A stretch of DNA of 64,000 nt, from NCBI GenBank assembly GCA_965248445.1, contig CBDFJG010000004.1, positions 704,001-768,000 of the forward strand. The letters run 5' to 3'. A program made the translations under genes and the position numbers. Source of the stretch: Planctomycetota bacterium (lineage in GTDB: Bacteria; Planctomycetota; JAJSAM01; JAJVHW01). Positions 1 through 8,840 of this stretch are shown here, piece after piece. A model generated the notes under the pieces. It had not been told where the DNA came from. It worked only from the letters and a program-made list of their open reading frames with translations, and made no database searches. Within the stretch, counting starts at the first letter, position 1, and each line of letters starts with the position of its first letter.

Positions 1-1820
1 ACCAGGGCGCCGAGCACCTCGCTGCGTGCCACTTGAGCGCCCGAAATCTGTGCGGGGGCACTCACCTCATCGAGGGGAAGTAGAAGACACCCGCCGGAGC
101 CGGACTCGCGCAGGTATGCCGCCGCGCGCTCCGCACTCGCAAACGAATCGACGACGACGGCGGACGCGTACGGGCCGAGCGCCGCCGCAACCGCGGGCGC
201 GTCCGTGGTGTCGACCTCGATCAGATCGGCGAGCGCTCCGCGGACACCGCGCGGACCGCCGCGTTCCTTCGATGCGGCGACCAAGCGGCGCGCTCCGTCG
301 GCGAGGCCGTCCATTCGCGTGCACAGGTCGTCGAGCAGATCGCGGCGGCTGGACAGCGCGGAGTCCTCGCGCTCGAGGGCGGAGACCTCGTCGCGGCGCT
401 CGGCCAGTTCGGCCTCCGCGTCGGCGCTACGCTGCTCGGCGGTCGCCAGCTCCGCGGCCGCATCCCGGGACGCGGTCTCGGCGCGTGTCGCGACGTCGGC
501 GGCCTTCTCTGCACGGCGCTCGGAGGAGGTCTGCTCGTCCGACAGTCGGTCGCGCGTCTCGGAGAGTCGTCCCGCCTGCACATCCAATCCCTGGACCTGC
601 GCATCGAGCCGCGAGCGATCCCGCTCCAGTTCCGCGCGCCGCGCGAACGCGGCGTACGCGCGGCGTTCGAGGTCCTCTGCGCGCTCGCGTCGTTCGGCGA
701 CGTCGCGGGAGCGCGACGCGATCGAGGTCTCCGCCGCGCGAACCTCGTCCTGGCGGGTCGCGCGATCGCGCTCCGCTTCGCCAAGCGTGCGCAACACGTC
801 TTCGCCGGTGCCGGCGAGTTCTTCGAGTCGCTCGAGCGACGCGTCCACTTCCTCGCCGTACCAGCGAATCTTGCCGTCCAACTCGGCGGCGAGCCGTGCC
901 GCGAACGCGGACTTCTCGTGCGCCGTCTCCATGCGGCCTTCGAGCGACGCGATGCGCTGTTCGAGGCGCGACGCGGTCGTGCGCGCGGTGTCGACGTGTT
1001 CCTCGGCGCTGCGACAGTCCGCGAGGGCCGCTTTGACCAGATCACGCGCTTCGCGCTCGCCGGAATCGAGTTCTTCAACCTGCTTCGTGGCGCGGTCCCG
1101 CTCCGCCGTCAGCTTGCCGTAGCGGTGCACCGCGAGGGAGAGCCGCTTCTTGCGCATCTTGTCGAGCAAATCCCGATAGCGCTCAGCGCGGCCGGCCTGG
1201 ATCTTGAGGGATCGAACCAGGCGCTGCTTCTCCGCCACGAGGTCGGAGATGCGGAGCAGATCGGCCTCGACGCGCTCGAGGCGGCGGAGCGTCTCCTTGC
1301 GCCGCGCCTTGTACTTGGCGATCCCCGCCGCTTCCTCGAAGACCGCCCGGCGATCGGAGTGGCTCTCGCGCAGGACCTGGTCGATCTTGCCCTGCTCCAT
1401 AATCGTGAGGGCACCGGGGCCGCTGCCCGTGTCCATCAGCATCTCGCGCACGTCCCGCAGGCGGCAGCGGTTGCGGTTCAGCAGGTACTCGCTGGTCCCG
1501 TCGCGGTACAGGCGGCGGGTCACCTCGACCTCGCTCCACTCGACGTCCAGCTTGTCGTCCGGATTGTCGAAGATCAGCGTCACCTCGGCGAGTCCGAGGG
1601 CCTTGCGGCCAGCGGCGCCGGCGAAGATGACATCGGCCATCTCCTTGCCGCGGAGGGCGCTGGGACGCTGCTCGCCGAGAACCCACTTGATCGCGTCGAC
1701 GACGTTCGACTTGCCGCAACCGTTCGGGCCGACGATGCACGTCAGGCCGGTCGGGAAGTGGAAGTCGGTCTTCTTCGCGAACGACTTGAAGCCGAGCATC
1801 GACAACTGCTTCAGACGCAT
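1..1820 (-). CDS. smc: Chromosome segregation protein SMC, N-terminal part (continues beyond left edge)
   Basis: Manual translation from ATG 1820: MRLKQLSMLGFKSFAKKT...IVGPNGCGKSNVVDAIKWVLGEQRPSALRGKEMADVIFAG (SMC Walker A region), followed by coiled coil. Absent from the ORF track, consistent with no stop inside the window. Confidence 0.96.
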   Translation of the reverse strand, partial: MRLKQLSMLGFKSFAKKTDFHFPTGLTCIVGPNGCGKSNVVDAIKWVLGEQRPSALRGKEMADVIFAGAAGRKALGLAEVTLIFDNPDDKLDVEWSEVEVTRRLYRDGTSEYLLNRNRCRLRDVREMLMDTGSGPGALTIMEQGKIDQVLRESHSDRRAVFEEAAGIAKYKARRKETLRRLERVEADLLRISDLVAEKQRLVRSLKIQAGRAERYRDLLDKMRKKRLSLAVHRYGKLTAERDRATKQVEELDSGEREARDLVKAALADCRSAEEHVDTARTTASRLEQRIASLEGRMETAHEKSAFAARLAAELDGKIRWYGEEVDASLERLEELAGTGEDVLRTLGEAERDRATRQDEVRAAETSIASRSRDVAERRERAEDLERRAYAAFARRAELERDRSRLDAQVQGLDVQAGRLSETRDRLSDEQTSSERRAEKAADVATRAETASRDAAAELATAEQRSADAEAELAERRDEVSALEREDSALSSRRDLLDDLCTRMDGLADGARRLVAASKERGGPRGVRGALADLIEVDTTDAPAVAAALGPYASAVVVDSFASAERAAAYLRESGSGGCLLLPLDEVSAPAQISGAQVARSEVLGAL

Positions 1821-1834
1821 GAGGTCGTTCTCCC

Positions 1835-1890
1835 CGAACCCACACTGTACGGACTCACACTGGACGAACCCACACTCACACGGACACCCA
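1835..1890. repeat. Degenerate ~15-bp tandem repeat in the nrdG-smc spacer
   Basis: CGAACCCACACTGTA / CGGACTCACACTGGA / CGAACCCACACTCACA / CGGACACCCA. Confidence 0.6.
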
Positions 1891-1920
1891 TTGCCCTGGT
1901 ATTCGGACTCCGTTTCGGCC

Positions 1921-2658
1921 TCATGAGCGCACGCTACGGGACCCGCCCCGCACCCCGAAGTCCTGTCGCGGTCGCCCCTCGATCACGCAGCTCTCCGCGT
2001 GCCGGCCCGCCAGGCGTCCGACCGCCTGCAGGTTCCGCAGGCCGGGCTCGCCGCCCGGCGCTCCCAGGAGGACCACGCGCCGGGCGCCCGAGAGCATGCG
2101 CAACACAGCGCCCATCTGCTCCGTCTCGACCACTCCCGGAAGCCACGGGACGCGGAACTCGTGCTCGCCCGGCGCGTGCAGCAGTAGCTCGACGGACTCG
2201 AAGACCGACGCGAGCCGGACGCGAGCTCCGGCCGCCACCGCGTAGCTCGGGTCGAGGGGCGCGCGGACCGTCATCGCAACGGAGGAGATCTCGCCCGTCT
2301 CGAGCACCTCGCGCAGTCGCTCCGGCTGCGAACCGTTGGTGTGCAAACGGACGCGCAACCCCAGTTCGCGGACGATCCGGACGAGATCGATCAAGCCGTC
2401 GTGAAGCGTCGGCTCCCCGCCCCCGATCACGACGGCATCGAGCCAGCGTCGTCTGCGATACAGCGTCTCGGTGATCGTCTCGACTGGAATGGTGCCGGCC
2501 TCGCTGTGCTCGGCGACGAGGTGAGGAACCGGGCACGCCGGGCACCGGAAGTTGCAGCCCTGCAACTCCAGCACGGCCGTGACGCGGCCCTCCCACGCCG
2601 TCAGCGAGACCGGATCGAACCCGCGCACCGGGGGGAGCGGCGGCGGACGCCTCACCAT
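1921..2658 (-). CDS. nrdG: Radical SAM protein, anaerobic RNR activase (NrdG)-like, divergent
   Basis: C-terminal part of ORF 1921..3471 from ATG 2658, overlapping the upstream TGA; motifs GCNFRCPAC (CxxxCxxC), GGGEPTL, HTNGS, EFR. Confidence 0.8.
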   Translation of the reverse strand: MVRRPPPLPPVRGFDPVSLTAWEGRVTAVLELQGCNFRCPACPVPHLVAEHSEAGTIPVETITETLYRRRRWLDAVVIGGGEPTLHDGLIDLVRIVRELGLRVRLHTNGSQPERLREVLETGEISSVAMTVRAPLDPSYAVAAGARVRLASVFESVELLLHAPGEHEFRVPWLPGVVETEQMGAVLRMLSGARRVVLLGAPGGEPGLRNLQAVGRLAGRHAESCVIEGRPRQDFGVRGGSRSVRS

Positions 2659-4697
2659 GCGCCCACCTCCACACGATCGACCGAGCCGACCCGCAGGAGC
2701 TTCGTCAGCACGGCGACCAACCCGGCGGCGCCACCGGTCTCGTCGGGCGCCAGGCCGAGAGAGAGCGTCGCATCGCCGAGCGATTCGTGCAGCGCCTCCT
2801 CGGCGACGATTCGCGTGAGGAGGTCGGCGCCGCCGTCGTCCCGCGTGCGGACACCCGGGGTGTAGCGCGAACGGCCGGGGAACGCCTCGGTGAGCGAGAC
2901 CGGCGCCGTGCGGGCATCTGCGTCGAAGAAACGCCGGGCCACGAAGACGCTCTCGTCCGCATCGAGCGTCGTCTGCAAGTCGTGAACCAGCCCGGCTTCC
3001 CGCACGCACATCGCGAGGTGCTTGAGCACGCGCCGCGCGTCCCGCGCCGCCTGCTCGGCTCCGTCGTGCAACTCGAATCCGGTGAGGTGCTGGAGCGCCT
3101 CGTTGAGGCCGCTGACGGCCACCGACCAGGTGCAGGCCGAGAGATCGACGAGCGGCTGCCGGCCGCGGGTCCCCCGCAGCAGGGACGTCAGCGGGCCGGC
3201 GGCGCCACCGCCGGCGTGCGCCAGGAGCTCGCGGCGCGCGGTGTGTGCGCGCACGGCCCGATCGACGAGGGCGTCGCACGCGCGCTGGAACCCCTCGAAG
3301 TTCCGCCGCCCGACCCGCGCAGCCGCGCGCGGCAGGTTCAGGGTCACCCGTCCCCCGACGGCGCGGCGGTCGGCGCACTCTCCGCGCGCGGCGCCGCCGC
3401 GCAGGAGCTGGAAGCGAACGCGGGCACCCGCCGCGGCGGCGGCCGCCGCGCGCTCGAGCACGCGTCGCCACGGTCCGTCTGCGAGCATCGCCTCGCAGAC
3501 CTGCACGACCGGGCGAGGCAGCGTCGCCCGCGGCGGAAGACCGTCAGGTCGATGCAGCGCGCGCAGGACGGCGCTCGCGAAGCGCGCCCCCGCGTCGCCG
3601 CCCTCGCGCGGCACGGCGAACACGAGACGCGGCGCTCGTTCCCCGTCCTCCGCCGCCGTCTCGTGGAGGACGTGCCACGCTTCCTCGCTGACCGCCTCGC
3701 GCGAGGCGTCGCTGGTAAGCAGTCCAAAGGCGTCGGCGACCCCGTGGAGATACACGCGGTCCACAACCGCGGCGTTCAGCCAGCGGGCACCGCGGCCGAG
3801 CGCTGCCGCCAACCGGCGGCTGGATCGGCCGACACCCTCCGGCGCACGGGCGGCGACGTGCGGGAGCTGGCCGTGGAGGACGTCCGCCGGCGCGAGCGCC
3901 GCGCGGAAGAGCGCGGAGGGCGCGGTCAGGCCGTGCACGTGGAGTGCCCCGCCCAGGTGGTCCTCGGCGGCGTCGGACGGCAGCACCTGGAACAGCGCAT
4001 GGCTCTGCATCGCCGCCCCGCCGAGGTGCTGTGCGGCGATGCGGGGTGAGACCGGGCGATTCGCCACGCGCCCGCGCAGGGCCGCAGCGACGTCCTGCGA
4101 CGAGAGCACCGTCGCGCCGCGGCGGCGGAGGTCGAGTTCCGGTGCCCGTTCGATCAGCGCGGCTTCGGCGAGCGACCGCACCGTGGCGGACGGGGCGCGC
4201 GACACGCTCGCCCTACGCAGTTTCGTCTCGACGTCGGCGGCGGCCTCGTCGGCGACGCCCCGCGTCGCTCCGGTCTCGGCGACGAGCATCCGCGCCAGGC
4301 GCTCACGTGAGAACGGCGTGCTCACCCCGGCGGCGCCGTCGTCGACCTGGATCACGCCGTGCTCGAACAGCGAGGGTTCGAAGATGCCCGAACGGGCCGC
4401 TCGAATCGCGCGCAAGCGGCGCTGCTCCTCACGATGCAGAATGAACGCTTTGGCGGCGGCGGCGTGGCCTGTGTCGATCAGGACTGTCCCGACCATGTCG
4501 TCGACGTCGTCGGTCGTGGGGATCTCGTCGTGGAACGACTTGCCGAGGAACACCTCGACCATCGACGCTACTTCGCGCACGAGACTTCGCTCGCCGCCAG
4601 CGGCCAGCAGCGCGCGATCCACGACCTCGAGGATCCGGTGCTGGTCGAACGGCACGGTGCTGCCGTCACGCCTGCGGACGAGTGCGACGCGCCTCAC
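2652..4697 (-). CDS. Class III RNR (NrdD)-like protein with N-terminal ATP-cone(s), lacking the C-terminal Zn-finger/glycyl-radical domain
   Basis: ATP-cone start VRRRDGSTVPFD; a second cone-like segment PFSRERLARML; NrdD barrel landmarks DHLGGALHVHGL, VTLNLPRAA, SGLNEAL, ARRFFDAD, RIVAEEALH; no CxxC pairs and no RxxGY. Confidence 0.8.
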   Translation of the reverse strand: MRRVALVRRRDGSTVPFDQHRILEVVDRALLAAGGERSLVREVASMVEVFLGKSFHDEIPTTDDVDDMVGTVLIDTGHAAAAKAFILHREEQRRLRAIRAARSGIFEPSLFEHGVIQVDDGAAGVSTPFSRERLARMLVAETGATRGVADEAAADVETKLRRASVSRAPSATVRSLAEAALIERAPELDLRRRGATVLSSQDVAAALRGRVANRPVSPRIAAQHLGGAAMQSHALFQVLPSDAAEDHLGGALHVHGLTAPSALFRAALAPADVLHGQLPHVAARAPEGVGRSSRRLAAALGRGARWLNAAVVDRVYLHGVADAFGLLTSDASREAVSEEAWHVLHETAAEDGERAPRLVFAVPREGGDAGARFASAVLRALHRPDGLPPRATLPRPVVQVCEAMLADGPWRRVLERAAAAAAAGARVRFQLLRGGAARGECADRRAVGGRVTLNLPRAAARVGRRNFEGFQRACDALVDRAVRAHTARRELLAHAGGGAAGPLTSLLRGTRGRQPLVDLSACTWSVAVSGLNEALQHLTGFELHDGAEQAARDARRVLKHLAMCVREAGLVHDLQTTLDADESVFVARRFFDADARTAPVSLTEAFPGRSRYTPGVRTRDDGGADLLTRIVAEEALHESLGDATLSLGLAPDETGGAAGLVAVLTKLLRVGSVDRVEVGAW

Positions 4698-5302
4698 CTG
4701 CTGCGCCCGCCCTTCTGTTTGGGCTTCGTGGACCTACCGCGGGCCGTCTTCTTCGCGGTCTTCTTCGGCGCCTTCTTCGGGGTCTTCTTCTGGGTCTTCT
4801 TCTGGGACTTCTTCTGGGACTTCTTGCGCTTTGCCGGCGTCTTCCGGCCACTCGGCCGAGCGACCTCTTGCGCGATGGCCTCGAAGTCCTGCGCCGACTC
4901 GAAGTTCTTGTAGACCGACGCGAACCGCACGTACGCGACCTTGTCGATCTTCTTGAGTTCGCGCATCACGAGTTCGCCGATCCGCACGGTCTCGATCTCG
5001 CGGTCGGACGACGTCAGGATCTTCTCTTCGACGCGCGCGGCGATCTCGTCGAGTTCGTCGAGTGCAACGGGGCGCTTCTGGCAGGCCGTGAGGAGCCCCA
5101 TCAGGATCTTGCGGCGCTCGAAGTCCTCGCGCGTGGCGTCCCGCTTGACGACGCGGAGCGGCGTCTCGCGGATGATCTCCCGCGTGGTGAACCGCTTGGC
5201 GCACGCCTCGCACTCGCGGCGCCGACGAATCACGTCACCGTCCGCGCTCTCGCGCGAATCGATGACCCGATCCCGGTTCTCCTTGCAGAACGGACAGCGC
5301 AT
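4694..5302 (-). CDS. nrdR: Transcriptional repressor NrdR with Lys-rich C-terminal extension
   Basis: MRCPFC...VIDSR...IRRRRECEACAKRFTT zinc ribbon, ATP-cone, DKVAYVRFASVYKNF. Confidence 0.97.
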   Translation of the reverse strand: MRCPFCKENRDRVIDSRESADGDVIRRRRECEACAKRFTTREIIRETPLRVVKRDATREDFERRKILMGLLTACQKRPVALDELDEIAARVEEKILTSSDREIETVRIGELVMRELKKIDKVAYVRFASVYKNFESAQDFEAIAQEVARPSGRKTPAKRKKSQKKSQKKTQKKTPKKAPKKTAKKTARGRSTKPKQKGGRSR

Positions 5303-5489
5303 CGCGAGCGCCCCTCCATCGCACCCGTGCCGCCCCGTGGATTCGTCACGGGGACTCGTCACGGGACTCTTCCCAGGCCAGCACCTATCCCGCCGAACTC
5401 TCTCTTCGCGCGCGAGACGACCGCCCTCCGAGACGAACTCGTCCTCGCACCGGCCGGACGCGCTCCGTGGAGCGAGGTAGGCCGGACTT

Positions 5490-5536
5490 CAACTACATCT
5501 TGGGGTGCTGTGAGTTTACGCCGCTACCGGTTGAGT
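5490..5536. promoter_or_regulatory. Tandem NrdR boxes
   Basis: CAACTACATCTTGGGG (5490-5505) fits acaCwAtATaTwGtg; a weaker CCGCTACCGGTTGAGT (5521-5536) starts 31 bp later; both upstream of nrdR. Confidence 0.75.
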
Positions 5537-5686
5537 TCCAACAACCGGTTTGCGCCCACTCGAGGTCACGATCCCGGGCTGAAACCCGGCGTGGAAGACA
5601 CGGGCCGTACGCCGGGCCACCTCCGCGCTCTCCCCGAAGCTCCCTGGCTCCGGGCACCCCGTTCCTTCGTCGATCTGTCGTCGACG

Positions 5687-5752
5687 CCGCCCAGATCTCA
5701 AACCGCCCAGATTCCAAACCGACCAGCTCAGATCGACCAGCTCAGATCGACC
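5687..5752. repeat. Degenerate 14-16 bp tandem repeat
   Basis: CCGCCCAGATCTCAAA / CCGCCCAGATTCCAAA / CCGACCAGCTCAGAT / CGACCAGCTCAGAT / CGACC. Confidence 0.65.
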
Positions 5753-5884
5753 GTCTCATACCGACCGGAGAGGGGCGCGTGCCGGGGCACCTCTCCGGTG
5801 CGCAGAAGAGTATCCGGCGGCGGGGACAGCCTGGCCGCCGCGGCGCGGCCGCGGCAGGGGCGCGGAGCGAAGCGGATTCCGCCG

Positions 5885-7744
5885 CTACTTCGCGGGGACC
5901 AGCGCCGCCAGGCGGTCGGCGTACTCGGCGTCGATCTTGTTGAGCCAGAGGCGGCGGATCAGCTGCACCTCGCAGATCGACCAGAGCGCGGACATCGTCA
6001 TGTAGAGCGTGAGTCCGGACGCGAAGCCGTAGAGGAACACGCCGAACAGCATCGGCATCCAGCGCATCATCTTGGCCTGCGATCGCTGCTGGGGGTCGTC
6101 GGGCAGCGGGGTCATGTGGCTGCTGATGCCCCAGGTGATCATCATCAGAATGGGGAACAGGTTCAGCCAACCGTCGACCACCATCCAGCCCTGGGTGAAC
6201 GGCAACTCGAGGAAGTGGTCGGGGGCAGTCAGGTCAGCGGCCCAGAAGAACGATGCGTGGCGCATCTCGAACGTGGTCTGGAGGATGCCGTAGAGCGCGA
6301 TCCAGATCGGCATCTGCACGAACGCGAGCAGGCAGCCGCCGGGCAGGAGCGAGACCTTCTCCTCCCGCATCAGCTTCATGGTCATCTGTTGCTGCTTCTT
6401 CGAGTCCTTGTACTTCTTCTTGACGGCTTCCATCTTCGGCTTGAGAAGCGCCATCTTCTTGCCGTGCAGACGCATCGAGACCTGCGACTTGCGCGACAGC
6501 GGGAACATGAGGCCGCGCACGAGCACGGTCAGGACGACCACCGCCCAGCCGTAGCCGATGCCGATGCCGGCGATCAGGTTCAGCAGCCAGGCGAGCACCT
6601 TCTCGATCGGCTTGAAGGAGAAGATCCAGAAGTCGCGGTTGGGGACGGCCTCGGCGAGGTCCGCGTAGGCAGAGTCCTCGCTGCCGAACACCGGGCGGCT
6701 GGCGGGCCCGGCAAAGTACCGATACGAGAGCGTCGTCGTGCCGCCGGCCTCCGGGAGCGTCACGCGCTCTACGAGGACCGGTGCCGCGGTGGTCCAGAGC
6801 GACTCGTCATCACCGGCCTCTCCGTTCAGCGAGAGCCCGGCCGGCCGTTCGGCCGACAGGAACCGGACCTCTACGGACGAGCCGGGACCGTCTCGCGGAG
6901 ACAGCACGCCGAGATGGAAGTCAGCGCGCGCGCCGATCATCCGCACGCCGTCGGGCGCCGCGAAGTGATGCTGCGGGTCGTCCTCGAGCTGACTGCGGAT
7001 CTTGTCAGGCAGCGTGTCGGAGATGTCGTCGCCACGCACCGTGACGAGGACGGCATCCTCCGGCCGAGGCACTTCGGTCTCGGCGAGCCACGGACCGATG
7101 ACTTCGACGAGCGCGGCCCGCGACGTCGCCCCCTCACGGCCCCGGAACACGATGTCGACGTCGACGTGGTACGGCGCGGCAGCATCCCGCGAGGGACGCA
7201 GGCGCTTCTCGATGTCGAGTCCGTACTCCGCGAGGGACAGCCGCGCGATCAGCCCGGCATCGGTCTCCTCGATGTCCCAGGTCTTCGCGTGCAGGCCGAG
7301 GCCCTGGTCGATCAGGTCGATCGACAGCAGTCCGGGCATCCCCGGTGGGCGTTCAGTCGTGCGCCCCGGGTCCCCCACGGCGTCCGTGGCGACTCCGTTC
7401 TGGTGATACTCGCAGGCATGCGTCGTCACCGAAGTGAGCGCACCGCCGAGCGACGTCGCCGTGAGGTGGAGCCTCCCGACGCGCAGTTCCGTGAGCGTCT
7501 CCGGTCCTTCGATCCGGGCAGCCGGCACCCCGGCTGCCGGGAGAGCGGGGACGACGGGGACCACGGCCGGCTGCGTGGGCACGCCTGTGGCAGCTCCACC
7601 AGTGCCTTGGGCAACCTGCTGAATGGGGTCGCCTCCCCCACCGTCCGGCGGCGGCGGCGGCGGCGCGTAGCGCTTCGCGAGCATCGAGTACGCCATGAGG
7701 AACAGCACGCTCGCAACCATGGCGAAGACGACGCGTCGGTCCAT
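5885..7744 (-). CDS. yidC: Membrane protein insertase YidC
   Basis: N-terminal TM, periplasmic domain, YGWAVVVLTVLVRGLMFPL, GGCLLAFVQMPIWIALY, FFWAADLTAPD, SGLTLY. Confidence 0.96.
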   Translation of the reverse strand: MDRRVVFAMVASVLFLMAYSMLAKRYAPPPPPPDGGGGDPIQQVAQGTGGAATGVPTQPAVVPVVPALPAAGVPAARIEGPETLTELRVGRLHLTATSLGGALTSVTTHACEYHQNGVATDAVGDPGRTTERPPGMPGLLSIDLIDQGLGLHAKTWDIEETDAGLIARLSLAEYGLDIEKRLRPSRDAAAPYHVDVDIVFRGREGATSRAALVEVIGPWLAETEVPRPEDAVLVTVRGDDISDTLPDKIRSQLEDDPQHHFAAPDGVRMIGARADFHLGVLSPRDGPGSSVEVRFLSAERPAGLSLNGEAGDDESLWTTAAPVLVERVTLPEAGGTTTLSYRYFAGPASRPVFGSEDSAYADLAEAVPNRDFWIFSFKPIEKVLAWLLNLIAGIGIGYGWAVVVLTVLVRGLMFPLSRKSQVSMRLHGKKMALLKPKMEAVKKKYKDSKKQQQMTMKLMREEKVSLLPGGCLLAFVQMPIWIALYGILQTTFEMRHASFFWAADLTAPDHFLELPFTQGWMVVDGWLNLFPILMMITWGISSHMTPLPDDPQQRSQAKMMRWMPMLFGVFLYGFASGLTLYMTMSALWSICEVQLIRRLWLNKIDAEYADRLAALVPAK

Positions 7745-7905
7745 GCTGTCAGTCTCCGTCGGCCCGCGATGACGCGCACGCCGTGGCACCTGTCAGACGG
7801 TCAGTCCAGGCAGGGCACACGGCGGCCCCGATGCGCACAGCGCGAAGCGCGTGCCCATGGGGAACAGGAACCGGGAAGCAGGAGGTCCGGATCGCGGTTC
7901 TCCGG

Positions 7906-8655
7906 CTACCGGCCGACGATGAGGCGGTCGGCGAGGTAGTTCGGCAGGCCGGGCGTGGCGTAGATCTTGTCCATCGTCGTGCGCACGTCGTACTCGACGC
8001 GATGGAAGTTGATGGTCTTGCCGTCGAGGACGGCGTAGCTGGCGCGGGGATCGCCGTCGCGCGGCTGGCCGACGGAGCCCACGTTGATCAACGCCTTGCC
8101 ACCCTGGTGCGTGTAGGTCTCGGCGCTCCGCGCCGGGGACAGGAAACGGAACGTGTCCGTGTAGACACCCGGAATGTGGCTGTGCCCGACGAAGCAGAGC
8201 GACGGGATCATCGAGAAGATCTCGGTCATCTTCTCGCGGTTCCGGATGTCCTGCGGAACCATGTACTCCTTGGTCGGCACGCGCGGCGAACCGTGGACGT
8301 ACAGGACGTCGCCCTCGGTGTGCGACTCCTCGAGGCCGCCGAGGAAGTTCCACATCTCGTAGTTCGCCGAGCGGTCGTAGTCCGGTGAGTTGAGCTGCGC
8401 CTTGGTCCACTCGAGAGCCTGACGGGCCTTCTCGTTGAAGTCCTCGCCGTAGAACATCACGGCCTCTTCGTGGTTGCCCATGAGGCAGAATCGGGCGTTC
8501 TTGACGATCTCGATGCACTCGCGCGGGTTGGGTCCGTAGCCGATCACGTCTCCGAGGCACACGATGTCGCCGACGTGCTGGTCCGCGAGGTGATCGAGGA
8601 CCGCCGTCAGGGCCTCGATGTTCGCGTGCAGGTCCGAGATGATGGCGATGCGCAA
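7906..8655 (-). CDS. Metallophosphoesterase (calcineurin-like, YfcE/MJ0936-type)
   Basis: TTG start after GAGAGG; SDLHAN, CLGDVIGYG, GNHE, HGSP, GHSH, INVGSVGQPRD. Confidence 0.92.
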   Translation of the reverse strand: MRIAIISDLHANIEALTAVLDHLADQHVGDIVCLGDVIGYGPNPRECIEIVKNARFCLMGNHEEAVMFYGEDFNEKARQALEWTKAQLNSPDYDRSANYEMWNFLGGLEESHTEGDVLYVHGSPRVPTKEYMVPQDIRNREKMTEIFSMIPSLCFVGHSHIPGVYTDTFRFLSPARSAETYTHQGGKALINVGSVGQPRDGDPRASYAVLDGKTINFHRVEYDVRTTMDKIYATPGLPNYLADRLIVGR

Positions 8656-8840
8656 GACGTGGGCCTCTCTGGGGACCTCTCCGGTGGGTGCAGCCCGGAC
8701 GGCGGGCTCCGTGGCGCCGCCTCCGGCAGTCCATACTGCCGTGACGTCATAACGGACGCACGCTTCGAGGGCCCGATCATACCGAAGGCCGCGGCGATCG
8801 GGAGCCTCCAAGCCTCCCGGCGGCGGGGGTGGCGGCCGGC

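Noticed and set aside
2600..2660. Hidden frameshift restoring the NrdD Zn-finger/glycyl domain
   Set aside because: The sequence after the stop is the activase coding region; no RxxGY in the alternate-frame ORFs
5303..5489. Cobalamin riboswitch upstream of the nrd genes
   Set aside because: Only a GGGAAG fragment on the minus strand; B12-box and other core elements not found
4682..7939. 1085-aa plus-strand ORF and many other long overlapping ORFs (e.g. 14599..17787, 13379..15565, 42818..45121, 26402..28675)
   Set aside because: Antisense or alternate-frame shadows of recognisable genes in high-GC DNA; Arg-rich with no motifs
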